Part shown: positions 18,075-27,154 of the stretch, in pieces | Numbering within the stretch: the first letter of the stretch is position 1 | Layout: each line of letters starts with the position of its first letter | Origin: Eubacteriales bacterium | Lineage (GTDB): Bacteria; Bacillota; Clostridia; Oscillospirales; CAG-382 | Reading direction: 5' to 3' | DNA length: 64,000 bases | Assembly (NCBI GenBank): GCA_045536935.1 | Contig: JAZSOO010000036.1 | Coordinates: forward strand, 22,854-86,853 | Position numbers and translations under genes: made by a program | Notes under the pieces: generated by a model | Seen by the model: the letters and a program-made list of their open reading frames with translations, nothing else | Database searches by the model: none | What the model was told of the DNA's origin: nothing

Positions 18075-20123
18075 ATGAAAAAACTAATTTCGTATGCCCT
18101 TATACTCGCAATGTTATTTGCGGTTATCCCTTTATCGGCTTTTGCGGTTTCAGAGCCTATTACAATCAAAATCGGTAGATTTAATACTTACATGGATCTC
18201 GGCGAAGTTTTTGCATGGAGTTCCGCAGATGAATCTGAAACTGTCGAAACTCTATATACGGGAACTCCGGGAGCAAATACCTTTATGCATTTCTACCATG
18301 TTTGGCTGTCTTTTGATTTCGAAACACAAATGTTTGTTGTACAAGACACAGAAACTGGTTGGAATAAATACGAGACGGATTGGCAACTCGGTCCGGGTAA
18401 TCTTATAATTATGGTTTATGCTACGAGTGACTCGTATGACGCAGTTGCTTCTTTACAGATAGGAGACGGTTTGTATTTCGGATACGAAAGTAACGATTAT
18501 GAAAGCACCTTTGGTTATATTGGCATAGTAGACTCCTATTTGTCGACCGAAAAACCCGAGAAATATTGGATTCCTTCTGCCGACTGGGAGGATTCCTATG
18601 GAAACGCTTCGGATGGATCGAGTACTTCATCGGATGACACTTCTGATGATTCTTCTGCAAATCTCAGGTATACGTTGAGCGAAGATGAAACATACTATGC
18701 CGTTTCTGGACTTATTGGTAATGACAAAAATATTACAATCCCTTCAGTTTACAATAATTTGCCCGTCAAAGAAATATCGGATGAAGCTTTCTATCAAAAA
18801 ACTTATTTGTCAAGTGTAATTATTCCCGATTCTATTGAAAGTATAGGCGAACGTGCGTTTTCGTATTGTAGTGCGTTAACCGAAATCACCGTTCCCGATT
18901 CGGTAAAAACGATAGGTATGGCTGCATTTTCGTGGTGCAGAAATCTAAAAACGGTTGTACTGCCTCGAAATTTGGAAGTGATAAGCGATTCCTTGTTTGC
19001 GTACAGCAGCGCACTTGTAGATGTTATTATTCCTGGAACTGTAATTGCAATTGGAGATAATGCGTTTTTATCTTCTGCTAAACTTGCAGAGATAGAAATA
19101 CCCGATTCGGTTAAGCATATAGGCGAATGTGCATTTCGCTCGTGTTCGGCGTTGACCGATATTTCTGTACCTGATTCGATAATAACCGTTGGCTCCGATG
19201 CTTTCGAGGATTGCGAAAATTTGATTTACACTACTTATGATAACGGAATATACTTAGGAAACAAAACTAATCCTTGCGTGATTTTGATGGGAACAATCAA
19301 AAAGAGAATAACTTCTTGTTTTATTAATGAAAACACGAAGGTTATTTATGACAACGCCTTTTCGGAATCGTTGTTCACCAGTTTATCTATACCCAAATCG
19401 GTAACTTGCATCGGCAAAGAAGCATTTTACAGATGTGACACACTCACAGATATAACTTTCCCCGCATCTGTTGTTTCGATAGGAAAAGATGTATTGCTTG
19501 AATGTTATGGTATTGAAACTATAACCGTCGAAGAAGGAAATCAAGCATATCTCAGTACAGGCAATTGCTTAATAGAAGTAGAAACAAAGACGCTTATTGC
19601 AGGTTGCAAAAACAGTGTTATTCCTTCTAACGGTTCGGTTGAAAAAATAGCGGAAAAAGTTTTTTATCGTTGTGAGTATTTGGAAACCATCAATATCCCC
19701 GATACGATAGTTGAAATAGGGGAATATGCATTTGGTTGGTGCTTGATGCTTGGAAAGGTAGTCATACCTGACTCTGTCGAGAAAATAGGTGAAAACGCAT
19801 TCTCGGATTGTGATAATTTGTTTGATATCTATTGTGAAGCAGAATCCAAACCTACGGGTTGGAGCAATCTTTGGGAAGATGGGTATGCAACGGTCCATTG
19901 GGGATACAAAGCCGAACCCGAAATAATCGTTGGCGACATCAACGGCGACGACACAGTAACAGCAGCGGACTATATCGTTACAAAACGTGCGGTTATGAGT
20001 ACATACACTTTAACCGAAGCCCAAATCAAAGCAGGCGACGTTAACGGCGACGGTTCTGTTACGGCAGCAGACTATATAATGCTTAAACGTCACGTTATGG
20101 GTACATACGTGATCGGCGGATAA
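18075..20123 (+). CDS. secreted BspA-type leucine-rich-repeat protein with C-terminal dockerin
   Basis: Signal peptide. Repeated IPDSV..IG..AF..C..L units (LRR_5 type). C-terminal GDINGDDTVTAADY...GDVNGDGSVTAADY duplicated Ca-binding dockerin segments. Confidence 0.8.
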   Translation: MKKLISYALILAMLFAVIPLSAFAVSEPITIKIGRFNTYMDLGEVFAWSSADESETVETLYTGTPGANTFMHFYHVWLSFDFETQMFVVQDTETGWNKYETDWQLGPGNLIIMVYATSDSYDAVASLQIGDGLYFGYESNDYESTFGYIGIVDSYLSTEKPEKYWIPSADWEDSYGNASDGSSTSSDDTSDDSSANLRYTLSEDETYYAVSGLIGNDKNITIPSVYNNLPVKEISDEAFYQKTYLSSVIIPDSIESIGERAFSYCSALTEITVPDSVKTIGMAAFSWCRNLKTVVLPRNLEVISDSLFAYSSALVDVIIPGTVIAIGDNAFLSSAKLAEIEIPDSVKHIGECAFRSCSALTDISVPDSIITVGSDAFEDCENLIYTTYDNGIYLGNKTNPCVILMGTIKKRITSCFINENTKVIYDNAFSESLFTSLSIPKSVTCIGKEAFYRCDTLTDITFPASVVSIGKDVLLECYGIETITVEEGNQAYLSTGNCLIEVETKTLIAGCKNSVIPSNGSVEKIAEKVFYRCEYLETINIPDTIVEIGEYAFGWCLMLGKVVIPDSVEKIGENAFSDCDNLFDIYCEAESKPTGWSNLWEDGYATVHWGYKAEPEIIVGDINGDDTVTAADYIVTKRAVMSTYTLTEAQIKAGDVNGDGSVTAADYIMLKRHVMGTYVIGG

Positions 20124-20133
20124 ATCAATAAAC

Positions 20134-20163
20134 AAAAAAGAGAGGTGCGAACCTCTCTTTTTG
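20134..20163. terminator. bidirectional intrinsic terminator
   Basis: AAAAAAGAGAGGT-GCGA-ACCTCTCTTTTTG between convergent genes. Confidence 0.85.
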
Positions 20164-20901
20164 TTATAATTCAAGCAAAACACTAATCGCCGAAAGGACG
20201 TAGGAACTTGCCGTTTCGGTGCGGAGGATTCGTTTACCGAGCCCTGCAAGAGAGATGTTTTTCTCCTTTGCCTTTGCCGTTTCCTTTTCCGAAAGACCGC
20301 CTTCGGGACCAATTAAAAACCCGATCGTTTCGGGTGTTTCGGTTAGAAGCTCTTTGATGGGAAGCGTTCCGTCACCCTCGTAACAGATAAAACCAATATC
20401 CTTTTGCGAAATTTCTTCAATAGCTTGGTCGTAGGTGATAATACCGCGTATTTCGGGAATAATATTTCTACCGCATTGCGCCGCCGCAGATTCGCTGATC
20501 TTCTTAAGACGCTCAATACGTTTTGAAAAAGCCTTTACGTCGGGACGTGCAACGCAACGCTCGCTCATAACGGCAACGATCTCGTAAGCACCAAGCTCAA
20601 CAGCCTTTTGTATGACCGTTTCAAGCTTGTCACCCTTCGGGAAGCATTGATAAACAGAAACCTTAAAGGGCATTTCGTTGTTTTGCTTTTCGGGTTCGCC
20701 AAGAACGGCAAAAAGACCGTCAGCCGTAATCTCGTCGATTATTGCTTTATAAGAATTACCGTGCATATCGCAAACATGCAAAGTATCGCCCTTTTCCTTG
20801 CGAAGTACACGAAGGATATGGTTCGCATCGGAACCGTCGATATATGCTTTTCCGTCGGCAATACGGTCACTGCCAACGTAGATTCTCGGTATAAATGCCA
20901 T
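20164..20901 (-). CDS. rsmE: 16S rRNA (uracil1498-N3)-methyltransferase
   Basis: RsmE C-terminal SPOUT block IGFLIGPEGGLSEKE. Start at ATG 20901 after GGAG; the track start at 20952 adds 17 unsupported residues. Confidence 0.85.
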   Translation of the reverse strand: MAFIPRIYVGSDRIADGKAYIDGSDANHILRVLRKEKGDTLHVCDMHGNSYKAIIDEITADGLFAVLGEPEKQNNEMPFKVSVYQCFPKGDKLETVIQKAVELGAYEIVAVMSERCVARPDVKAFSKRIERLKKISESAAAQCGRNIIPEIRGIITYDQAIEEISQKDIGFICYEGDGTLPIKELLTETPETIGFLIGPEGGLSEKETAKAKEKNISLAGLGKRILRTETASSYVLSAISVLLEL

Positions 20902-21019
20902 TTTTTCAACTCCGTCGGGTTTGTTGGATTTAGTATACAATATTCCTCGCAATAAGTCAATCGCTGTCGTAAAAAGGATATATCAAGCTGTCCCTGTCGA
21001 GCGAAAGTGTAAAAGGCTA

Positions 21020-21048
21020 TTGACTTTTAAGGGTGTCGGTTGTAAAAT
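21020..21048 (+). promoter_or_regulatory. sigma-A promoter
   Basis: TTGACT (21020-21025), 17 nt, TAAAAT (21043-21048). Confidence 0.5.
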
Positions 21049-21085
21049 ATAGGGGAAATAAAGCATTTACCGGAGGTAATTTGTA

Positions 21086-21379
21086 ATGGAAAATTTTGAA
21101 AGAGAAAATATTTTCACCCTCACCGACGAAGAAGGCAACGAAAGCGAATTTGAGCTTCTCGGCGAACTCACTATTGACGACAATAAATATCTTGCTCTCA
21201 TTCCGCTTGACGGCGATGAAGACGAATACGTTGTTCTTAAGATCGAAGTAGACGAAAACGGCGACGAGCTTCTTGTTACTATCGATGACGATGACGAATT
21301 CGACCGTGTTGCAGACGCTTTTGAAGATACCTTTATGGGCGAAATCGATCTCGACGAAGCAGTAGATTCCGCTGAATAA
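21086..21379 (+). CDS. DUF1292-family small acidic protein
   Basis: 97 aa. FTLTDEEGNESEFELLGELTIDDNKYLALIPLD...YVVLKIEVDENGDE pattern is typical of DUF1292. Confidence 0.75.
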   Translation: MENFERENIFTLTDEEGNESEFELLGELTIDDNKYLALIPLDGDEDEYVVLKIEVDENGDELLVTIDDDDEFDRVADAFEDTFMGEIDLDEAVDSAE

Positions 21380-21600
21380 TTATTAAAAGACGTTTTTGTG
21401 CGTTCTGCGCTATTGTAGAAGCTAATCTTGACGTTTCAGAATAGATGCAGAATGTTCAAAAGAAACCCGAAGCCGTATATTAATACGGCGAGAGGTTTAT
21501 TTTGAACATAGCACAAAAATACAATTGAAAATCGTAAAATTCGAAGAATTTTATTCCTTAAGAACTTATTAAAAGACGTTTTTGTGCGTTCTGCGCTATT
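21380..21600 (+). repeat. perfect 35-nt direct repeat (21380-21414 and 21566-21600) bracketing a 151-bp hairpin-bearing segment
   Basis: Both copies read TTATTAAAAGACGTTTTTGTGCGTTCTGCGCTATT. The enclosed segment starts GTAG and contains a three-tier hairpin at 21454-21507. Confidence 0.9.
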
Positions 21601-21614
21601 ATGAAACGTCAACT

Positions 21615-21800
21615 ATCATCCTGCTGGGTACGTGCATAGTCTTAGGACTCTGCCCTGTGTAAAAACCCACAATTATGAAAGGGAGTCCATATTCCGCTGT
21701 GGTGAAGCAGGCCTCCCGCATGCATTCTGCGTGCGGACGTTGGAAGCACTAAAGCATCGGAGAGGACACCCACCTGCACAAAGCAGGGTTTCATTCTCAC
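21615..21800 (+). ncRNA. candidate structured ncRNA, class unknown
   Basis: GC-rich island in an AT-rich gap with no credible ORF. Nested pairings: 21620-21625/21782-21787, 21632-21635/21776-21779, 21645-21650/21683-21688, and 21716-21724/21728-21736. The last contains a U-G pair valid only on the + strand. Confidence 0.35.
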
Positions 21801-21845
21801 GGGGGCACGGCCTTTGCGGGGTATAATCAATCATCTCAACAAAAA

Positions 21846-21876
21846 TAAAAAGCAGGTTCGAACCTGCTTTTTTTGT
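21846..21876. terminator. bidirectional intrinsic terminator
   Basis: AAAAAGCAGG-TTCGAA-CCTGCTTTTTTT. Confidence 0.85.
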
Positions 21877-21888
21877 TTGCTGGGTGGT

Positions 21889-22461
21889 TTATTTCATCAA
21901 TTCTCCGATATCATAAACGTAATCGGTGCAGACCTGTTTCATCTCGTCGATTTGGTGTTCACAGTCTATATCGTAAATCCCGACAACCGAAAATCCAAGT
22001 TTTTTAACGTCCTTGCAATAGGGCAATCTATCCTCAAAAATAACACATTCCTCGGGCTTAAAGCCAAGTCTTTTTGCCGCTTCGAGAAATATCTTCGGTG
22101 ATTGTGCCTTGTAACAGCCGACCTCGTCACTGCCGATATAAAAATCGATAACCGAGGGAAGGTCGTAACGCTTGAAAAAGTCCTTTGCCGTTGAAAATGG
22201 TGTATCACTTGCGATACAAACGGGAATTCTGTTTTTGTGGAGCAATTCAAGAAATTCAATGGAATTCTTCTTCGGAATAACGTCTTTTGCGTATTTATCC
22301 TCTATGTAGTCCTGAAAAGAAGGGTAGTTATGCGCACCGTATTGGGAAGGGTGGTTCCAAAATTTCATCGATTCGATAAGTGTTCCGTCCATATCGAAGA
22401 TAAAGGCTTTTTTGCCCTTGAAATATTCTTTTTCGGGATTTAGAAGTTCGTATATAGTCAC
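21889..22461 (-). CDS. HAD-superfamily hydrolase (subfamily IA-like)
   Basis: DxDGT motif in FIFDMDGTLIES. Start at GTG 22461, 6 nt after AAGAGG. The longer track ORF would run through the asnS promoter. Confidence 0.75.
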   Translation of the reverse strand: MTIYELLNPEKEYFKGKKAFIFDMDGTLIESMKFWNHPSQYGAHNYPSFQDYIEDKYAKDVIPKKNSIEFLELLHKNRIPVCIASDTPFSTAKDFFKRYDLPSVIDFYIGSDEVGCYKAQSPKIFLEAAKRLGFKPEECVIFEDRLPYCKDVKKLGFSVVGIYDIDCEHQIDEMKQVCTDYVYDIGELMK

Positions 22462-22563
22462 AATATGCCTCTTTGTTTCGTTGTTGAGGATAATATTACC
22501 ATAAAAAGAGCCTTTTTTCAATATATATTGTACGAAAATCGACTTAAAAACTGAAAAAACCGC

Positions 22564-22592
22564 TTGCAATAAGAGGGAAGCGGTGGTATAAT
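22564..22592 (+). promoter_or_regulatory. sigma-A promoter of asnS
   Basis: TTGCAA (22564-22569), 17 nt, TATAAT (22587-22592). Confidence 0.6.
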
Positions 22593-22626
22593 AATAGGAA
22601 CTAATTTTAGGAGGCGAATCGGCTTT

Positions 22627-24033
22627 ATGGCGATAAAAGAAACCTTAACACGTGTTTGTGATATTTATTCCGAACCGCAGTCCTTCGGCGGAAAGCTTGT
22701 CCGCTTGGGCGGATGGATAAAGACTATCCGTTCTTCCAATGCCTTCGGATTCATTGAACTTAACGACGGTACTCATTTTAAGAATATACAGATCGTTTTC
22801 GAAAACGATATTTTGGATAACTATAAAGAAATCACAAAGCTCAATATCCCTGCATCTATTATTGCAGAGGGTGTTCTTGAATTAACTCCCGAGGCAAAAC
22901 AGCCCTTCGAGCTTAAGGCAAAGAAGATTGAAATAACCGGCGAATCCACTCCCGATTATCCTATCCAGCCCAAAAGACACTCCTTTGAGTTTCTCCGCTC
23001 GGTTGCACACTTGCGTCCCAGAGCAAACACCTTCAATGCAGTGTTCCGTGTCCGTTCGGTTGCCGCACAGGGAATCCACCGTTTCTTTGCGGATAAGGGC
23101 TTTGTTTACGTTAACACACCTATCATCACCTCGAGCGACTGCGAGGGTGCAGGCGAAATGTTCAAGGTAACCACCCTTGATATGGCAAACCCTCCCCGTG
23201 ACGATAAGGGTAATATCGATTATTCCAAGGACTTTTTCTGCAAGCCTACAAGCCTTACCGTTTCCGGTCAGCTTGAAGCAGAATGCTTTGCGCTTGCATA
23301 TGCTAACGTATACACCTTCGGTCCGACGTTCCGTGCAGAAAACTCCAATACTGCCCGCCATGCGGCAGAATTCTGGATGATAGAGCCCGAAATTGCATTT
23401 GCCGACCTTGACGACTATATGTCGCTTGCAGAGGAAATGACAAAGTACGTTATCAAATATGTTCTCGAAAGATGTCCTGCAGAAATGGAATTTTTCAATA
23501 AGTTTATCGATAAGGGACTTTTGGAAAGATTAACTGCTCTCGTAGAAAGCGATTTTGCAAGAGTAAGCTATACCGAAGCTGTCGAGATACTCAAAAACAG
23601 CGGCAAGAAGTTTGATTATCCCGTCGAATGGGGTTGCGACCTTCAGACCGAACACGAACGCTATCTCACCGAAGTTGTGTTCAACAAGCCCGTTTTCGTA
23701 ACCGACTATCCGAAGGACATCAAAGCGTTCTATATGCGTCTTAACGACGACGGCAAGACCGTTGCGGCGGCAGATATGCTCGTTCCCGGCGTTGGTGAGC
23801 TTATCGGCGGTTCGCAGAGAGAAGAACGTCTTGACGTTCTCGAAGCACGTCTTGCACAGCTTGGTCTTAACAAGGAAGACTATTGGTGGTATCTCGACCT
23901 TCGCAGATACGGCGGTGTAAAACACGCAGGCTACGGTCTTGGCTTTGAAAGACTTATTATGTATATCACAGGCATTACCAATATCCGCGACGTAGAACTT
24001 TTCCCCAGAACAACAGGAAGCGCGGAATTTTAA
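22627..24033 (+). CDS. asnS: asparagine--tRNA ligase
   Basis: 468 aa class IIb synthetase. N-terminal OB block [22 protein letters not shown], plus motifs [21 protein letters not shown] and GYGLGFERL. Confidence 0.9.
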   Translation: MAIKETLTRVCDIYSEPQSFGGKLVRLGGWIKTIRSSNAFGFIELNDGTHFKNIQIVFENDILDNYKEITKLNIPASIIAEGVLELTPEAKQPFELKAKKIEITGESTPDYPIQPKRHSFEFLRSVAHLRPRANTFNAVFRVRSVAAQGIHRFFADKGFVYVNTPIITSSDCEGAGEMFKVTTLDMANPPRDDKGNIDYSKDFFCKPTSLTVSGQLEAECFALAYANVYTFGPTFRAENSNTARHAAEFWMIEPEIAFADLDDYMSLAEEMTKYVIKYVLERCPAEMEFFNKFIDKGLLERLTALVESDFARVSYTEAVEILKNSGKKFDYPVEWGCDLQTEHERYLTEVVFNKPVFVTDYPKDIKAFYMRLNDDGKTVAAADMLVPGVGELIGGSQREERLDVLEARLAQLGLNKEDYWWYLDLRRYGGVKHAGYGLGFERLIMYITGITNIRDVELFPRTTGSAEF

Positions 24034-24051
24034 CCACGAGGTATTTTTACA

Positions 24052-25290
24052 ATGAACGTTATCGAACTTAAAAAGAAATATGATGAATATAAGGCGATGA
24101 ACCTAAAGCTTGATATGTCAAGAGGTAAGCCCTCGGCAGAGCAGGTTTCCACAATGGAACGTCTTTTGACCGCAGTACAGAAGAACGAAGACTGCTTCTC
24201 CGAAACGGGCGGTGACTGCCGTAACTACGGCGGTCTTGACGGCATTGACGAAATGAAACGTCTTTTCGGCGAAATGCTCGGCGTAACGTCGGATTATATC
24301 ATCGTCGGCGGTAACTCCAGCCTTAACCTTATGTATGATACCGTTGCACGTTCGATGCTTCACCCCGTTGAAGACGGATGCAAGCCTTGGTCTAAATACG
24401 AAAAGATATCCTTCCTCTGTCCCGTTCCCGGCTATGACCGCCATTTTGCGATATGCGAATATTTTGACATCAATATGATAAATATTCCTCTTTACGACGA
24501 CGGTCCCGATATGGATATGGTAGAATCGCTCGTCGCTTCCGACGAAACGATAAAGGGTATGTGGTGTGTTCCGAAGTACGCAAACCCGCTTGGCTGCAGC
24601 TATTCCGATGAAACCGTCCGCCGTATTGCATCGCTCCGTCCGAAGGCAAAGGACTTCCGTGTTTTCTGGGATAATGCATACGTGCTTCACGACCTCACCG
24701 ATACTCCCGACAGCGTTCTTGAGATCTTCCACGAGGCAGAAAAATACGGCAACGAGGATATGTTTTTCGAATTTGCATCTACATCAAAGATAACCTTCCC
24801 CGGCTCGGGTATTTCATGTATCGCATCAAGCCCGAGAAACATAAAACGTATTCTCAATGCGCTCAAGGTTCAGACTATCGGCCACGATAAATTGAACCAG
24901 CTTCGTCATTCGAGGATCTTCCGTTGCTATGACGACGTTGTGGCGCAGATGAAGGTTCATATGAACATTATCCGTCCCAAGTTTGATATAATCTATTCGG
25001 CTTTCGATAAAGGCTTTGCAGGCGTTGAAAACGTTACTTGGACAAAACCCAACGGCGGTTATTTCTTCACGCTTTCGCTCCCCGAAGGAACTGCAAAGCG
25101 TACCGTTGAGCTTTGTAACGAAGCAGGTCTTGTAATAACTCCTGCAGGCGCAATGTTCCCCTACGGCAAGGACCCCGAGGACAGCAAATTGCGTATCGCA
25201 CCCACGTTCCCGTCCTGCGAAGAGCTTGGCAAGGCTGCAGAGCTTCTAACCGTTTGTGCAAGACTTGCAATCGCTGAAAAGAATGCATGA
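24052..25290 (+). CDS. PLP-dependent aminotransferase (class I/II fold)
   Basis: 412 aa. LDMSRGKP N-terminal block and Schiff-base lysine context FASTSKITFPGSG. Confidence 0.7.
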   Translation: MNVIELKKKYDEYKAMNLKLDMSRGKPSAEQVSTMERLLTAVQKNEDCFSETGGDCRNYGGLDGIDEMKRLFGEMLGVTSDYIIVGGNSSLNLMYDTVARSMLHPVEDGCKPWSKYEKISFLCPVPGYDRHFAICEYFDINMINIPLYDDGPDMDMVESLVASDETIKGMWCVPKYANPLGCSYSDETVRRIASLRPKAKDFRVFWDNAYVLHDLTDTPDSVLEIFHEAEKYGNEDMFFEFASTSKITFPGSGISCIASSPRNIKRILNALKVQTIGHDKLNQLRHSRIFRCYDDVVAQMKVHMNIIRPKFDIIYSAFDKGFAGVENVTWTKPNGGYFFTLSLPEGTAKRTVELCNEAGLVITPAGAMFPYGKDPEDSKLRIAPTFPSCEELGKAAELLTVCARLAIAEKNA

Positions 25291-25293
25291 TTG

Positions 25294-25977
25294 ATGAAAG
25301 ATAAAAACGAAAAAGCGGAAGTAACGCAAAAGCGTGACACTTCCGCTGATAAAAAACGAATTAAGAAGATATTTATAATTATAGCCTCGGTTTTGGCTGT
25401 TCTTGCCATAATCACGGCATTGATTCCTCTTGTTACGGAACTGTTCCAAGATGATTATAGTGACGTTTCCTATAACCCTATGGCGTTTTACGAGGTCGAT
25501 TATAATATAGATATACGCAACGACGAGCTTTATCAAAAGCACAACCGTTCTATCTATTATAACCGCTACGGCAACGAGAGGGTATTGACAAAGGAAAACG
25601 TAACCGATATTTCGCCTGCCGCAGTTTTGTTCTATGATTATATAAACTGTATAATCGACGGCGATTACGGCAAATATCCTTCTTTTTTCACCGAAGAATG
25701 TAAAAATAACGAAAAATTCAAGCTCCCCGCACAGTTCACAACTCAAGGGCTTTATGATATCAATATCACTCTTCACAGCTCTTCCGTTTCGGAAGACGAT
25801 GAAGAAACCGTTGTTGAGATATATGAGGTCAGATACCGTATTTATAAGAATAACGGCTCTTTCCGAAACGATATTCTCCCCGATGAAACAAGAACTCTTG
25901 TGTTTGAACTGAAAATCAAGGACGGCTCGGCTATTATAAACGCAATAGCGCACCGTGCCGTCAAAACATCGGAGTGA
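25294..25977 (+). CDS. membrane-anchored hypothetical protein
   Basis: Basic N-terminus and a single TM (IFIIIASVLAVLAIITALIPLV). No motif I recognise. Confidence 0.5.
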   Translation: MKDKNEKAEVTQKRDTSADKKRIKKIFIIIASVLAVLAIITALIPLVTELFQDDYSDVSYNPMAFYEVDYNIDIRNDELYQKHNRSIYYNRYGNERVLTKENVTDISPAAVLFYDYINCIIDGDYGKYPSFFTEECKNNEKFKLPAQFTTQGLYDINITLHSSSVSEDDEETVVEIYEVRYRIYKNNGSFRNDILPDETRTLVFELKIKDGSAIINAIAHRAVKTSE

Positions 25978-25985
25978 TTTCGCTT

Positions 25986-26693
25986 ATGACCAATAACGAT
26001 TTGATCCGCCAAGCGGAACAATTTGAAAAAAGAATAAGAATTTTAAAAAGCAAGGCAAACAGCTTCTTCGGCGAGCTTGGCAGTGAAGTACGTTCTATCC
26101 GTGAACGTGACCCTGCCGCAAGGACCGATGCAGAGGTTTTGCTTTTGTACCCCGGTCTTCACGCAGTACTTGCACATAGATTGGCAAATTCGCTTTATAA
26201 AAGAGAATTGTTCTTCGCCGCACGTGCCGTCAGCCAAGCGGCAAGAAACGCAACGGGTATTGAAATTCACCCCGCAGCAACGATAGGCAAGGGCTTGTTT
26301 ATCGACCACGGCTGTGCCGTTGTAATCGGAGAAACTACCATAATCGGTGATAACTGTACTATATATCAGGGAGTAACGCTCGGCGGTACGGGTAAGCACG
26401 AGGGTAAACGTCACCCCACTATCGGTAATAACGTAATGGTCGGCGCAGGCGCAAAGGTTCTCGGTCCCGTCGTCGTCGGCGATAATTCAAAGATTGCCGC
26501 AGGTGCGGTGGTTCTTAAAGATATTCCCGAAAACTCAACAGCCGTAGGTATTCCTGCCCGTGTTGTAAGAGGAAAGACGGTCGAAAAGGTTCAAACGCTC
26601 GACCAGATCCATATTCCCGACCCTGTTGCACAGGAAATTAATCTTTTGAAGGAACGTATAGCAGAGCTTGAGAAAAAGCTTGACGAAAGATAA
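25986..26693 (+). CDS. cysE: serine O-acetyltransferase
   Basis: SAT N-terminal block DPAARTDAEVLLLYPGLHAV plus hexapeptide repeats GIEIHPAATIGKGLFIDHG..VIGETTIIGDN. Confidence 0.88.
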   Translation: MTNNDLIRQAEQFEKRIRILKSKANSFFGELGSEVRSIRERDPAARTDAEVLLLYPGLHAVLAHRLANSLYKRELFFAARAVSQAARNATGIEIHPAATIGKGLFIDHGCAVVIGETTIIGDNCTIYQGVTLGGTGKHEGKRHPTIGNNVMVGAGAKVLGPVVVGDNSKIAAGAVVLKDIPENSTAVGIPARVVRGKTVEKVQTLDQIHIPDPVAQEINLLKERIAELEKKLDER

Positions 26694-26716
26694 TTTTAAA
26701 TAATTCAAATTAATAC

Positions 26717-26745
26717 TTGACATTCGCTCGGCTTTGTGATAATAT
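26717..26745 (+). promoter_or_regulatory. sigma-A promoter with extended -10 for tRNA-Arg
   Basis: TTGACA (26717-26722), 17 nt, TGaTAATAT (26737-26745). Confidence 0.6.
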
Positions 26746-26763
26746 ATTAGCCGTTACGAATAA

Positions 26764-26840
26764 GCGCCGTTAGCTCAGCTGGATAGAGTAACTGGCTACG
26801 AACCAGTAGGTCAGGGGTTCGAATCCCTTACGGCGTGCCA
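26764..26840 (+). tRNA. tRNA-Arg (anticodon ACG)
   Basis: GCGCCGT..ACTGG-CTACGAA-CCAGT..AGGGGTTCGAATCCCTT..ACGGCGTGCCA cloverleaf. CCA encoded. Confidence 0.95.
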
Positions 26841-26842
26841 CG

Positions 26843-26882
26843 AAAAAGACCACATTTGTCTACTGACAAATGTGGTCTTTTT
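26843..26882 (+). terminator. intrinsic terminator after tRNA-Arg
   Basis: 13-bp stem GACCACATTTGTC-TACT-GACAAATGTGGTC plus TTTTT. Confidence 0.85.
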
Positions 26883-26884
26883 CG

Positions 26885-27098
26885 AACTAAGTGTGCCTTG
26901 CGGCACGTTAAGCGCACCTTCGGTGCGTGAGGCGATGCTACGCATCGTGAAGCGCCTGCGGGCGTGTAGGGTTCCCGAAAATGAGTTTACGAATTTTAGG
27001 GGTTCCCGTGAGTGGCACACTTAACTTCACATCGTGCGTAAGCACGATACTTCACAGCGGCATCGCCGCTGCTTCACTTGGCGAAGCCAAACTTCACT
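26885..27098. repeat. GTGAAG/CTTCAC-linker hairpin array
   Basis: Left arm: GTGCC-TTGC-GGCAC, GCGCACC-TTCG-GTGCG, CGATGC-TAC-GCATCG and GCGCC-TGCG-GGCG, each followed by GTTAA/GTGAG/GTGAA. Right arm: CTTCAC(A/T) preceding TCGTGC-GTAA-GCACGA, GCGGC-ATC-GCCGC and TGGC-GAAG-CCAA. Confidence 0.75.
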
Positions 27099-27103
27099 AA
27101 ATG

Positions 27104-27132
27104 TTGAAAATTATTGCATTTTATGGTATAAT
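27104..27132 (+). promoter_or_regulatory. sigma-A promoter
   Basis: TTGAAA (27104-27109), 17 nt, TATAAT (27127-27132). Confidence 0.55.
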
Positions 27133-27154
27133 CAGTTTGAACGGAGGAGCCATT

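Noticed and set aside
21615-21800. Assigning the GC-rich structured region to SRP RNA, 6S RNA, RNase P RNA, tmRNA, or a cobalamin/glycine/SAM riboswitch
   Set aside because: Hallmark strings are absent on both strands: GGAAGCAGCC-type SRP domain IV, GAGGAAAGUCC P4 of RNase P, a tmRNA tRNA-like end, the B12 box, and the glycine GAAGGGGCAA. No downstream gene exists for a riboswitch.
22593-22626. T-box leader upstream of asnS
   Set aside because: Only ~34 nt separate the -10 box from the start codon, far too short for a T-box.
26900-27030. Integron attC-like sites (GTTAAGC at 26907-26913 fits GTTRRRY; ACTTAAC at 27019-27025 fits RYYYAAC)
   Set aside because: The order is core then inverse core, opposite to a single attC. 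No intI integrase or cassette ORF is present. The matches are short enough to arise from the GTGAAG/CTTCAC linker family itself.
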